Shown here in pieces: positions 38,460 to 47,469 of a stretch of DNA of 64,000 nt. The DNA is taken from NCBI GenBank assembly GCA_046496795.1, contig JAWOGM010000054.1, forward strand, positions 558 to 64,557, written 5' to 3'. Each line of letters begins with the position of its first letter. Position 1 is the first letter of the stretch. The notes under the pieces were generated by a model. That model was not told the origin of the DNA and did not search any database. It was given only the letters and a program-made list of their open reading frames with translations. This stretch comes from Thermoplasmatota archaeon (GTDB lineage Archaea > Thermoplasmatota > E2 > DHVEG-1). A program made the position numbers and the translations under genes.

Positions 38460-39587
38460 ATGAAAAATATGTTAGTGAAGAGTTTACTCATTGCAATTGT
38501 GCTCTTATTACTTGGAGTGAGTATTCTTCCAACTATCAACGCAACAATAAATGAGGCTAGTGCTATAAACAAACAACCCCAACCACAGCTATTAGATATA
38601 TTTTGGGAAGAAAACTTCGATTCCTACGATCTTGGCAGCTCAATGCATGAGCAAGGTGGCTGGAAAGGCTGGGATAATAACCCTGCATGGACTGCCTATG
38701 TCACTGATGAGCAATCTCGCAGTAACCCACATTCAGTTGATATTGAAGGTGATGCAGATATTGTCCGTGAATTTTCAGGATTAACATCTGGACAGTGGAA
38801 CCTTACAGCATGGGTCTACGTACCATCAGACCTATTTGGATTATCGTATTTTATTTTACTCAGCGACTATACCGATGGAGCAGGTCAAGCAAATGAGTGG
38901 GCAGTTCAAGTACGATTTGATCCAGATCAAGGAATAGTTGAAGCTGAACATGGTGGCCCAAGTCTGCCATTGATAACTGATCAATGGGTTGAACTAAGTG
39001 TTCTTATAGATCTTGATGTCGACTGGTTTGAATTCTACTATAATGGCGACCTATTGGAAGAAAAAGCTTGGACTGCAGGTCCAAACAACGCAGGAACAGG
39101 AAAGCTTAACATCGGCGCAATAGACCTATTTGCAAACTCTGCAACAAGTGTTTTTTACGACGATATAACCTTAGAAGGAGAAGCAACAGAACCTTCTCTC
39201 ACATGCGAAGGAAGCCTGAGCTGGACTGATGTGGAACCTGGTGCTACTGTTACAGGAACCTTTACCATTGCAAATATTGGAGCCCCCGGATCTGATCTTA
39301 ACTGGGAGATACAAAACTTTCCAACCTGGGGAACTTGGACATTCACACCAAACAGTGGAACAGGCTTAAAGCCAGAAGATGGAGAACTCACCATTGAAGT
39401 GGAAGTTGTCGCTCCAATTGATAAAAATGAAAATTTCACAGGATCAGTAAGAGTCGTCAATAGTGATAATACCAATAACTATTGTGATATTGATGTAGCG
39501 CTTGCAACACCAGTAAGTTATTACAGGCCGCTACTGCAACGATTTATCAGCAGACATCCCATATTAGCACAACTCCTTGGATTGTAA
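38460..39587 (+). CDS. Secreted protein with a CARDB-like beta-sandwich and a conserved C-terminal tail '...HPILAQLLGL'
   Basis: Signal peptide 'MKNMLVKSLLIAIVLLLLGVSILP'. The C-terminal ~110 aa are paralogous to 40170..40700 ('WTDVEPGATVTGTFTIANIGAPGSDLNWEI...TGLKPEDGELTIEVEV'). Confidence 0.5.
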   Translation: MKNMLVKSLLIAIVLLLLGVSILPTINATINEASAINKQPQPQLLDIFWEENFDSYDLGSSMHEQGGWKGWDNNPAWTAYVTDEQSRSNPHSVDIEGDADIVREFSGLTSGQWNLTAWVYVPSDLFGLSYFILLSDYTDGAGQANEWAVQVRFDPDQGIVEAEHGGPSLPLITDQWVELSVLIDLDVDWFEFYYNGDLLEEKAWTAGPNNAGTGKLNIGAIDLFANSATSVFYDDITLEGEATEPSLTCEGSLSWTDVEPGATVTGTFTIANIGAPGSDLNWEIQNFPTWGTWTFTPNSGTGLKPEDGELTIEVEVVAPIDKNENFTGSVRVVNSDNTNNYCDIDVALATPVSYYRPLLQRFISRHPILAQLLGL

Positions 39588-39662
39588 ACAAATACAATCT
39601 CTCTCTTTTTTTTAATTTTTTCTGATAATTTAATTGATTAAAGAAAAGTAGATTACCAATTC

Positions 39663-39677
39663 TTACGGACGTGGCGG
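39663..39677 (+). repeat. attL: a 15-bp direct repeat TTACGGACGTGGCGG copying the 3' end of tRNA-Arg. A degenerate 26-bp extension matches at 21 of 26 positions.
   Basis: Identical to 48721-48735. It is GC-rich in an AT-rich background and sits in intergenic DNA. Confidence 0.6.
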
Positions 39678-39806
39678 CGTCTGAACCTATTTCCTCCTGT
39701 TAAAAAGTTCAATAATAACATAAAAATCGCACTTATAGATTTTTCAGCATCCCTCACTAAAATCTTTTTTCTTTCTTTTTTTGTCACATTTTTTTGAGGT
39801 GCTAAC

Positions 39807-40175
39807 ATGAAGCAGAAATCAATATACGATAACATGACTAAATCAGAAAAAATCGTTGCACAATTTTTGAAAGATCTTGGAATCTTTTGGTCATATGAAA
39901 AACCTATATATGTATGGGACAGAAATAAAAGACCGCGAGTTTGGACTCCCGATTTTTTCCTTAACCAGTTTAGTATCTATGTTGAGGTTTGCGGGTCAGA
40001 AGATTTTGATTATGAATATAGAAGAATAACGTACAAAGAGAATGGATATAATGTTATATTTTTACACCTGTATAAAGAGACAAATAGATGGAAAGAACAT
40101 TTTTTCCAGTATATTTCAAAAATATCAAATTATAGAAATGAGTGGTTAAACAGATTACGTATGAAATATTCATAA
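39807..40175 (+). CDS. DUF559 (Vsr-like endonuclease fold) domain protein
   Basis: 'NMTKSEKIVAQFLKDLGIFWSYEKPI...TPDFFLNQFSIYVEVCGSED...ENGYNVIFLHLYKE' parallels the DUF559 pattern (MTxAEkxLW...YIvDF...IEvDG...G..VlRf). Confidence 0.6.
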   Translation: MKQKSIYDNMTKSEKIVAQFLKDLGIFWSYEKPIYVWDRNKRPRVWTPDFFLNQFSIYVEVCGSEDFDYEYRRITYKENGYNVIFLHLYKETNRWKEHFFQYISKISNYRNEWLNRLRMKYS

Positions 40176-40700
40176 TCCGACTAGTTGTCTTAGTATCGGA
40201 AATACATTTGGAAACTGCTCTGAAATTAATAAAAGAAATTTATATATATTTATTTCAGTATTTTTCTGAATCTTTGTTGGAGTTATTAAGCTTAATTCAA
40301 AAATATGAAAATCTTCTGGATTATCACTATTAATAATTTTCACCTCTCCACCAAACTCTGTAAGATGTTCATATGGCGCATCGACCTCAACTACAACTGT
40401 CAATGTTTCATCCTCAGGTTTCAATCCAGTTCCATCATCAGGATCAAACCTCCATTCACCCCATTCAGGCCATGAATCTACTTCCCAATTAAGTTCAGAA
40501 TTCGGATCGCCGATGTTTTTCACAATAAAACTATCCTCGACTGTTGCACCAGGTATTACATCAACCCACCCTATCTCCCCATCGCAATCCAAATCAGGAA
40601 CAGGATCACCTATTATTTTATATGAATTACATAACGGCATAAAAACTAAAAACAACAATAATACTGCAACCATTAACGGAAATATTGATTTTCTAAGCAT
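40170..40700 (-). CDS. Secreted protein with a CARDB-like domain and the C-terminal tail '...FPILRQLVGL'. The true start is the internal Met at 40700, not the tracked 40928.
   Basis: The signal peptide 'MLRKSIFPLMVAVLLLFLVFMPLC' begins at residue 77 of the tracked ORF; the upstream 76 residues are AT-rich read-through. It is a paralog of the C-terminal half of 38460..39587. Confidence 0.5.
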   Translation of the reverse strand: MLRKSIFPLMVAVLLLFLVFMPLCNSYKIIGDPVPDLDCDGEIGWVDVIPGATVEDSFIVKNIGDPNSELNWEVDSWPEWGEWRFDPDDGTGLKPEDETLTVVVEVDAPYEHLTEFGGEVKIINSDNPEDFHIFELSLITPTKIQKNTEINIYKFLLLISEQFPNVFPILRQLVGL

Positions 40701-40881
40701 GTTCTTATTTCCCCTTATACATAAAGAATATAGAAAATGGTATTTATAAATTTCGCAAATTTTGTAAACAATTATTACATGAAAGACAAAATATTGAAAA
40801 AAAATAATAAATATTATAAACATTATGATTATCTCACTACAAGTAACATTGAATATAATTCGTAGGACGAAGGGAGAAAAC

Positions 40882-43800
40882 ATGAATAATTCTTGTTTAA
40901 ATAAATACCTAAAGGCTAGTATTCTCATAGGCAGCTTAATAATATTGATTTTTATGTTGAATTCAGCACAAGCAACAGAAATTGAAATGGATTTTTCATT
41001 TGAAGAACCTGATATAACCGAACTTACAATATCAGATGAAACATATCATGATGTTAAGATTGATGGTTTGAAAACAACAGGTGACACTGGTTTACCTTTG
41101 TTGCCGGTAAAAACAGTTAAAATTCTTCTACCACAAAGAGGAGTTTTGGAGTCGATAGATGTAGTTTTAGATGGTAATACATCAATGGGCCAGAATTATA
41201 ATGTTACACTTGGGAAAGAATCTGTTAATTTGTCTGGTGGGCAAAACGGGTCAAATGAGTCATATTTTAATGAATCAATACCATATCCAACGACTTCTTA
41301 TGATAAAATTGGTGTTTTTCATTTCAGGGGGCATTCCTTTTTGATAATTAATCTTCATCCATGTTATTACATTGGTGAAACCGGGGAGATATATTACTAT
41401 GAAAATATTTCTCTTACAGTAACAACAAATGAAGTGGGTAATGTTAGTAAATTTTTTAGAAATACAACAACTGATGAAGAATTGATAAAGGAGAAGGTAG
41501 ATAATTATGATTGTATATCCAGTTATGATACTAAGGTGGGTTTTTCAAAAAACTCAGATCTCGTTGATCCTCAAGATTCTTATGATTATGTCATTATAAC
41601 AAAAAAGAAGTTTAAAAATGCTATTTGTCCACAGGGTTTCAGATTCTGGTATACGTTTCAGGATTTAGCAGATTATAAAAATAGTACAGGTACACAAACA
41701 ATAGTTGTAGCTCTTGAGGACATTTTAAATGAACCTGAATATCATTGGGATGGTGAATTTGGCGATGGTTTAAATGAAAGTATTTTTAATGACACGCAAT
41801 GTCATATCAGAAATTTTATTAAGGATGCATTTCAAAATTGGGGTATTGAATACGTTCTTATTGGAGGAGATCATAATAATACTTTAACTGATTGTGATAT
41901 CGTTCCAGCAAGATTCTTTAAATATACAGAAATTCATATCTCAAAACCTTCTGACATTTATTATTCATGTCTTGACGGCAATTATAATATGGATTCTGAT
42001 GGAGATTTTGGAGAAAAGGGCGATGGAGGTTTTGGTAATGGAGATAACTGGGAGCCAAAATTAGGTTCTGGATATTGTTATGCAGAGGCAGATTCAAGCC
42101 AATATGGAGGTGGGTTTGATGTTGGCTTATTTTCAAAAGAATTAGATATGTCCAATTTTTCTAATGTGTATTTAAATTTTACATGGAGCTTCCGTTCTAA
42201 TTATAACGCCCATATAGAAGTTAATGTTTATTCCGGGGGAAATGATTCTGAAAACAAAGAAGTAACTCTGTGGGAAAAGAGTACTGGTTCTGAAATTCCT
42301 GATCCTATGGTATTGAATTTTAATCCTAGTATATATACTGATCCATCTGAAGTTTATATTGAATTTAATTATACAGATAGTGGTAGTTCCAGTTCAGATT
42401 CAATGAATATCGATGATATAAAAATAACCGGTTTTGATGGCACTAATTGGACGGTGATTTTAAATGAGAGTTTCGAAGGAGACCCTTTTCCTCCGGATGG
42501 TTGGGATCAAAAAAAATATAGTGGAGAAAAAGAATGGGCAATTGAATATTATCAAATCTATCCTGATTTATTTGCAGAAGTTTATATCGGGCGGGCAAGT
42601 GTTGGTAATAGGTTTGAAGTAAACAATTTTGTAACAAAAACACTATCTTATCAAAAAGCGGATGCTCATGATCCATATATTAATAAAACATTGTTACTTG
42701 GTGCAAGGTTAAATAAAAAAACTTGGGGTGGTGATTATAAGGATGAAATCGTAGATAAATGTGATAACGTCTTCAATTCGACAGGTATTCCAAGTGAAAA
42801 TTATACCATTGATAAATTATATGATCGTGATTTATCTCCTGATTATTGGCCTAAAAAGGAGCTAAGACGTAGACTTAATAATGGAGTTAATATAATAAAT
42901 TATATGGGTCATGGAGATTGGGATGGAATTGGTACAAAAGATTATGATGGTGACTTTTCATGGATAGATAAATTTAATATTGCAGATGTTTGTTTACTTC
43001 ATAATAATAAATATTTCTTTATGTATTCTATGGGTTGTTTAAATGGTAAATTTCATTGTTGGTCATCACTTCCTATATTCAATATTACACAATGTGACAG
43101 TTTTGCTGAGTTCCTTACTGTTAGAACAAAGCATGGTGCATATGCGACTATTATGAATACAGGCTCTGGAACATTTATTCCAAGCTCGACCAACTCTTCA
43201 TCCCAATATTTTGATAGGTTTTTTTTCAATGCAACATTTGGAGGTGCTGAAATAAAAGAATTAGGTAGAGCAAATCAGGAATCAAAAGAAAACACCTTAC
43301 CTCTAATATACGATTTAAATGTTTTTTATGGTTTAACTCTTTTTGGTGATCCTCAGATTTCTCTAAAAATTCCAGTTGAAAATAATCCCCCAAATAAACC
43401 TGATACACCGACAGGATATGAAGATCCTGATCATAAATTATTCTGGACTTATTATACTAGTACAACTGATCCAGAAGGAGATCAGCTTTATTATAAATGG
43501 GAATGGGATGATGTTGAAGGTTTGGTATGGTGGATTCCATTTTTACCTTATGATTCAGGTGATACTGCTAGTATGATACGTCCATGGTTAATTCCAGGGA
43601 CTCATAAAGTTAGAGTTAAAGCTATGGATATTTATGGTGCAGAAAGTAATTGGTCTGATCCTTATTACATGTCTGTATCATTTGATCTTAATATGCAAAT
43701 AAACCCTAATCCTGCTGTTGTTGGTGAGACAATTGATTTCAATGCAGAATCAGAATATGGTGAAACATATACCTGGGATTTTGGAGGAAGCAAAGGAATA

Positions 43801-46800
43801 AAATATGGTGCCCAAGTAACTGAAGATTATGATTCTGTCGGTGAATATGAGGTTATCCTAAATGTAACAGGTAGTGAAAACATTACATCAAATGCAACAG
43901 AATCTGTTGAAATTGTATTGTTACGATCTGAAATTGGTTGTTCATCCAATCATGCAGCACCAGACGAAACTATTTACTTTACAAACCTTTCAAAAGGATA
44001 TTATGAAATCAAGGAATGGGAATGGGAATTTGGTGATGGTAATGGATCAACAGATGAGAATCCAAACCACTCTTTTACATCTTCAGGTGTATATAATGTT
44101 ACCTTAAACGTAACAGATGATGAATATAATACAGATGAATTTACTGTGGTCATATATGTAGATACTGTACCCCCGGAAATATCAAATGTTTCCCATTCAT
44201 CTGAGATTATTGGCTATGGGACAAATATCACAATTTCTGCTCATGTCACAGATGATATAAGCGGCATTCAATTGGTTTGTGTCAATATCACCTGTCCTGA
44301 TGACAATAGTGAAAATTATACCATGAACCTTACAAATGATGATAATTACGAATGCACATTTACAAACACTTGGGATCTTGGCATATATAACTATACTATT
44401 TGGGCGATGGATAATGCAAACAACACCAATTCATCATCAGGGCATAGTTTCTCAGTTTCCAGATCGTTTGGTTATACAGAAATTGGGGCCTCAAATCAAA
44501 CCATATGGGATACAATAACTGGATCAACGTTTATGGTCAATGAAAAATGTGTTGCAGATAACCTAACAGTATATATTAACCCGGGTGATGCTACATATGA
44601 TTCACATTATCAGTGTATGATATATGATTATGATGACTCTGAGCTAGTTGGTATTTCTGATGAATTGAATGTTACCTCTGGAGAAGATTGGGTGGTATTT
44701 CCGTTTTCTGAGCCGAAACCTGTGATGATACTTGGGGTTAATTATACCTTGCAATGTTGGAGTGATAATGAAACATTAGCGATGTATTATGTCAATGGAA
44801 CTGGTTATGGTCAGGGGCAGTATTTTGAAGGAATATATGGATATGTTCCTGAAGATATATTGTTTGAATATGAAGATAGGAGATATTCAATTTATTGTAG
44901 CTATTCAAATGATACAATTCCACCAACTATCTCTGATGTAACTGATGACCCAAATACCTGTGGTTTTGGGCAGACAGTAAATATTACAGCAGAAATCAAC
45001 GGCACGATAAGCGGTGTTGATAATGCAACTGTAAATATCACATATCCAGATGAAACATTACATGTTTTTACAATGGACAATACTGAAAATGATATTTATC
45101 AATGCAGTTTCACAGCTACTTGGTTAGTTGACCAATATAACTATTCAATCTGGGCAATAGATGCCTATGGAAATCAAAATACCAGCACGGGTTATAGTTT
45201 TACTGTTTCTTCAAATGCAACAATTGGTGTTTGCACAATCAAGAATATTTATGGTGCCAATGAGTCTATTAATATAACTGATCCGCCCGTAGGTTCACCA
45301 TTTATTGGTTATGAATTACTAGATAATGACAGCGTTCTTCACATCTGGAACAAGTATGATAGTTATTATTTCAACACAAGCAGTGGGTTGCAGCTTACCA
45401 ATAATTATGATGAGTACTGGTCTCATAATGTGTTAATGCTAGGTTACTACAATAATGACCAATGGAATCTTATGTATCGTACTGATGAGCTCAGTGGATT
45501 TACAAAGAGTATTGATTCAGATAATGATACGTTTGTGAATGCTACACTCTGGAAGGATCTAACCTATGGTGGTTATGCCTTCCGACTGGCAATAAGATAT
45601 CATCTAGGTGTGGATGATAATGAGCTTACAATAATTCCGTACATTAAGAATATCGATGATGAAGATATTCCATATGTGTTGGGTTTTGGCTGGGAATTAC
45701 AGGATATTCAAATTGATATGACAGAGACAGGAGACTATATCCAACTGGGTAATGAAAATTATTATCTTAATCAAAGTCTTGATAACAGCTATACGAATCT
45801 TTCTGATCCTATCTATTGTTTCAATGAGGTGACTAATGAAACTGAGATCTGTGGTTATTCCGATCCAGCATTTTATCTCATGGAGAACATCACAGAGACA
45901 ACTACTGAATCATTGTATCTTCGTTGGGATAAAGATCTTACATATAAACTAGAGGTAAAGTCAAGAGCGGGGCAGTATAATGCGCCCGTAACCTTGTTTG
46001 TCAGAATTGGAACATTAAATAATGGTCAGGAGAAATCTACGGATATGTTTTGGTATGATGCTGATCAATATACTTATTATTTCGACAGCTATGATACAAA
46101 ACTCGATGCATGGGAAACAAATCCTAGTAACATGGTTGATGGAAGTACATCGACATTCGCAAGTACAGACATTAGGGATGATTCTGAATATTGTGATAGT
46201 ACATCATTTGGATATGGCGGTGCACCTTCAGGTACGGTCTCTAAAGTTGAGATAAGGGCATATGGTAAATATGAAGAAATTGGTGGCTCTATCAACATAA
46301 AACCAACTTTCAACGGTGGAAACGGTGATAATCATTACTTTTCCCTCCCCGGTTCAGCAGGTTGGTCATCCTGGTTTGATATTACAGATGATACCAATGC
46401 ACCTGAACCATGGACCTGGAGTGATGTTGAAAGTCTTGATTGCTCTATTATTGTATGTGATATCAGACAAGGGGATACATTTTATTGCCATAAAGTTGAG
46501 ATTCGTGTGACAAATAATGAAGCTCCTGTTGATAATAATCCAGCGCCTGCTGATGATAGTATTAATGTTTCAATATCTCCGACTTTGAGCATTAATGTCT
46601 CAGATGCTGAAGGTGATTCTATGAATATTACTTGGTATAGTAATAGCAGTGGTTCTTGGACGTCATTTGGAACTAATAACAGTGTAGGTAATGGTACATA
46701 TTACCAGTCGTTTAGTAATGCTTCTGTGAACGGTCAATGGTGGTACTGGAAGGTTAATGTTTCCGATGGCTCCAACACTTTAGAAAGCAGTGTCTATAAG

Positions 46801-47136
46801 TTCTATACTGGTGTTCAATCAAAGATCTTTAATACTGGTTCCACAAATATTTCTGGTTATTTGTTGATACAAGTTGAATTTTTTAGCGGAACTCAGTTAA
46901 TATGGGTGTTGGATAATGATACAATCAATGAAACCACTCCAAGGACAATAAATGTTGGTGAGCAACTTGCTTTAGATCTGATATTCAACGGTGAAATCAG
47001 TACTGATGATCTTACGCATGGTGATGGAACGTATCGTGTGTATGCAGCATTCCGTGATCCTGATGGCGACGTACTAATATGTGATGATGAAACTTTGCTT
47101 GCAGCTTGGTATGAGTTTGAGGTAGACACCAGCTAA
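40882..47136 (+). CDS. Giant (~2085 aa mature) secreted surface protein with a gingipain-like (C25) domain, PKD-like domains and an internal tandem Ig-like repeat. It is extremely rich in N-glycosylation sequons.
   Basis: The likely start at 40882 is preceded by AGGGAG. Signal peptide 'MNNSCLNKYLKASILIGSLIILIFMLNSAQA'. 'YVLIGGDHNN...VPARFFKY...SDIYYSCLDG', His 'YMGHGDWDG' and Cys 'YSMGCLNGKF' parallel 27316..29202. PKD-like 'YTWDFGGSKG' and 'EWEWEFGDGNGSTDENPNHSFTSSGVYNVTLNVTD'. Repeats 'PPEISNVSHS...HSFSVS' and 'PPTISDVTDD...YSFTVS'. Confidence 0.6.
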   Translation: MNNSCLNKYLKASILIGSLIILIFMLNSAQATEIEMDFSFEEPDITELTISDETYHDVKIDGLKTTGDTGLPLLPVKTVKILLPQRGVLESIDVVLDGNTSMGQNYNVTLGKESVNLSGGQNGSNESYFNESIPYPTTSYDKIGVFHFRGHSFLIINLHPCYYIGETGEIYYYENISLTVTTNEVGNVSKFFRNTTTDEELIKEKVDNYDCISSYDTKVGFSKNSDLVDPQDSYDYVIITKKKFKNAICPQGFRFWYTFQDLADYKNSTGTQTIVVALEDILNEPEYHWDGEFGDGLNESIFNDTQCHIRNFIKDAFQNWGIEYVLIGGDHNNTLTDCDIVPARFFKYTEIHISKPSDIYYSCLDGNYNMDSDGDFGEKGDGGFGNGDNWEPKLGSGYCYAEADSSQYGGGFDVGLFSKELDMSNFSNVYLNFTWSFRSNYNAHIEVNVYSGGNDSENKEVTLWEKSTGSEIPDPMVLNFNPSIYTDPSEVYIEFNYTDSGSSSSDSMNIDDIKITGFDGTNWTVILNESFEGDPFPPDGWDQKKYSGEKEWAIEYYQIYPDLFAEVYIGRASVGNRFEVNNFVTKTLSYQKADAHDPYINKTLLLGARLNKKTWGGDYKDEIVDKCDNVFNSTGIPSENYTIDKLYDRDLSPDYWPKKELRRRLNNGVNIINYMGHGDWDGIGTKDYDGDFSWIDKFNIADVCLLHNNKYFFMYSMGCLNGKFHCWSSLPIFNITQCDSFAEFLTVRTKHGAYATIMNTGSGTFIPSSTNSSSQYFDRFFFNATFGGAEIKELGRANQESKENTLPLIYDLNVFYGLTLFGDPQISLKIPVENNPPNKPDTPTGYEDPDHKLFWTYYTSTTDPEGDQLYYKWEWDDVEGLVWWIPFLPYDSGDTASMIRPWLIPGTHKVRVKAMDIYGAESNWSDPYYMSVSFDLNMQINPNPAVVGETIDFNAESEYGETYTWDFGGSKGIKYGAQVTEDYDSVGEYEVILNVTGSENITSNATESVEIVLLRSEIGCSSNHAAPDETIYFTNLSKGYYEIKEWEWEFGDGNGSTDENPNHSFTSSGVYNVTLNVTDDEYNTDEFTVVIYVDTVPPEISNVSHSSEIIGYGTNITISAHVTDDISGIQLVCVNITCPDDNSENYTMNLTNDDNYECTFTNTWDLGIYNYTIWAMDNANNTNSSSGHSFSVSRSFGYTEIGASNQTIWDTITGSTFMVNEKCVADNLTVYINPGDATYDSHYQCMIYDYDDSELVGISDELNVTSGEDWVVFPFSEPKPVMILGVNYTLQCWSDNETLAMYYVNGTGYGQGQYFEGIYGYVPEDILFEYEDRRYSIYCSYSNDTIPPTISDVTDDPNTCGFGQTVNITAEINGTISGVDNATVNITYPDETLHVFTMDNTENDIYQCSFTATWLVDQYNYSIWAIDAYGNQNTSTGYSFTVSSNATIGVCTIKNIYGANESINITDPPVGSPFIGYELLDNDSVLHIWNKYDSYYFNTSSGLQLTNNYDEYWSHNVLMLGYYNNDQWNLMYRTDELSGFTKSIDSDNDTFVNATLWKDLTYGGYAFRLAIRYHLGVDDNELTIIPYIKNIDDEDIPYVLGFGWELQDIQIDMTETGDYIQLGNENYYLNQSLDNSYTNLSDPIYCFNEVTNETEICGYSDPAFYLMENITETTTESLYLRWDKDLTYKLEVKSRAGQYNAPVTLFVRIGTLNNGQEKSTDMFWYDADQYTYYFDSYDTKLDAWETNPSNMVDGSTSTFASTDIRDDSEYCDSTSFGYGGAPSGTVSKVEIRAYGKYEEIGGSINIKPTFNGGNGDNHYFSLPGSAGWSSWFDITDDTNAPEPWTWSDVESLDCSIIVCDIRQGDTFYCHKVEIRVTNNEAPVDNNPAPADDSINVSISPTLSINVSDAEGDSMNITWYSNSSGSWTSFGTNNSVGNGTYYQSFSNASVNGQWWYWKVNVSDGSNTLESSVYKFYTGVQSKIFNTGSTNISGYLLIQVEFFSGTQLIWVLDNDTINETTPRTINVGEQLALDLIFNGEISTDDLTHGDGTYRVYAAFRDPDGDVLICDDETLLAAWYEFEVDTS

Positions 47137-47183
47137 AACAACATACTTTCTGTAAAGTAGGTCAGACAATTTGGCCTGATTTT

Positions 47184-47390
47184 TCAATATTTTCCTGATT
47201 CAACTTGTTCTTTAAGTAAAAGAAGAGCCTGTTCTACAATATCAGATACAGATCTGAATCTTTTGTTATCTACAGCTGAACCAGTATTTTCTTGTACCCA
47301 TTTTAAAAGAGTTGGATGTATGGTGACGGAAAGTCTTTCTCGTTTTGGTTCTGTTTTCTTTGGTCTTGCCATAATTACATATGAATACAC
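47184..47390 (-). CDS. Ribbon-helix-helix (CopG/Arc-like) DNA-binding protein
   Basis: 'RERLSVTIHPTLLKWVQENTG' has the RHH beta-strand + helix pattern. The likely start is the internal 'MARPKK' at ~47372. It is divergent from the integrase. Confidence 0.55.
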   Translation of the reverse strand: MYSYVIMARPKKTEPKRERLSVTIHPTLLKWVQENTGSAVDNKRFRSVSDIVEQALLLLKEQVESGKY

Positions 47391-47428
47391 ACCGAAACTT
47401 ATAAATATTACTATGCATATTTCATATT

Positions 47429-47447
47429 ATTACATATAATTACATAT
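47429..47447 (+). promoter_or_regulatory. Tandem direct repeat ATTACATAT-A-ATTACATAT in the RHH/integrase divergent intergenic region
   Basis: Read directly. Its position between divergent regulator and integrase starts suggests an operator. Confidence 0.3.
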
Positions 47448-47469
47448 CTTAATTAACGGTGCATGAAAG

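Noticed and set aside
39653-39835. 60-aa minus-strand ORF overlapping the attL region
   Set aside because: It is a basic, low-complexity translation of intergenic DNA spanning the att repeat, with no RBS or domain. It is most likely spurious.
40825-40881. First 19 codons (MIISLQVTLNIIRRTKGEN) of the giant ORF
   Set aside because: The Met at 40882 is preceded by AGGGAG at the appropriate spacing and starts the signal peptide. The upstream ATG lacks both.
40701-40928. N-terminal 76 residues of the tracked ORF 40170..40928
   Set aside because: This is AT-rich read-through with no signal peptide and poly-I/F composition. The genuine start is the Met at 40700, which begins a classic signal peptide. 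The upstream part is promoter DNA shared with the divergent giant gene.
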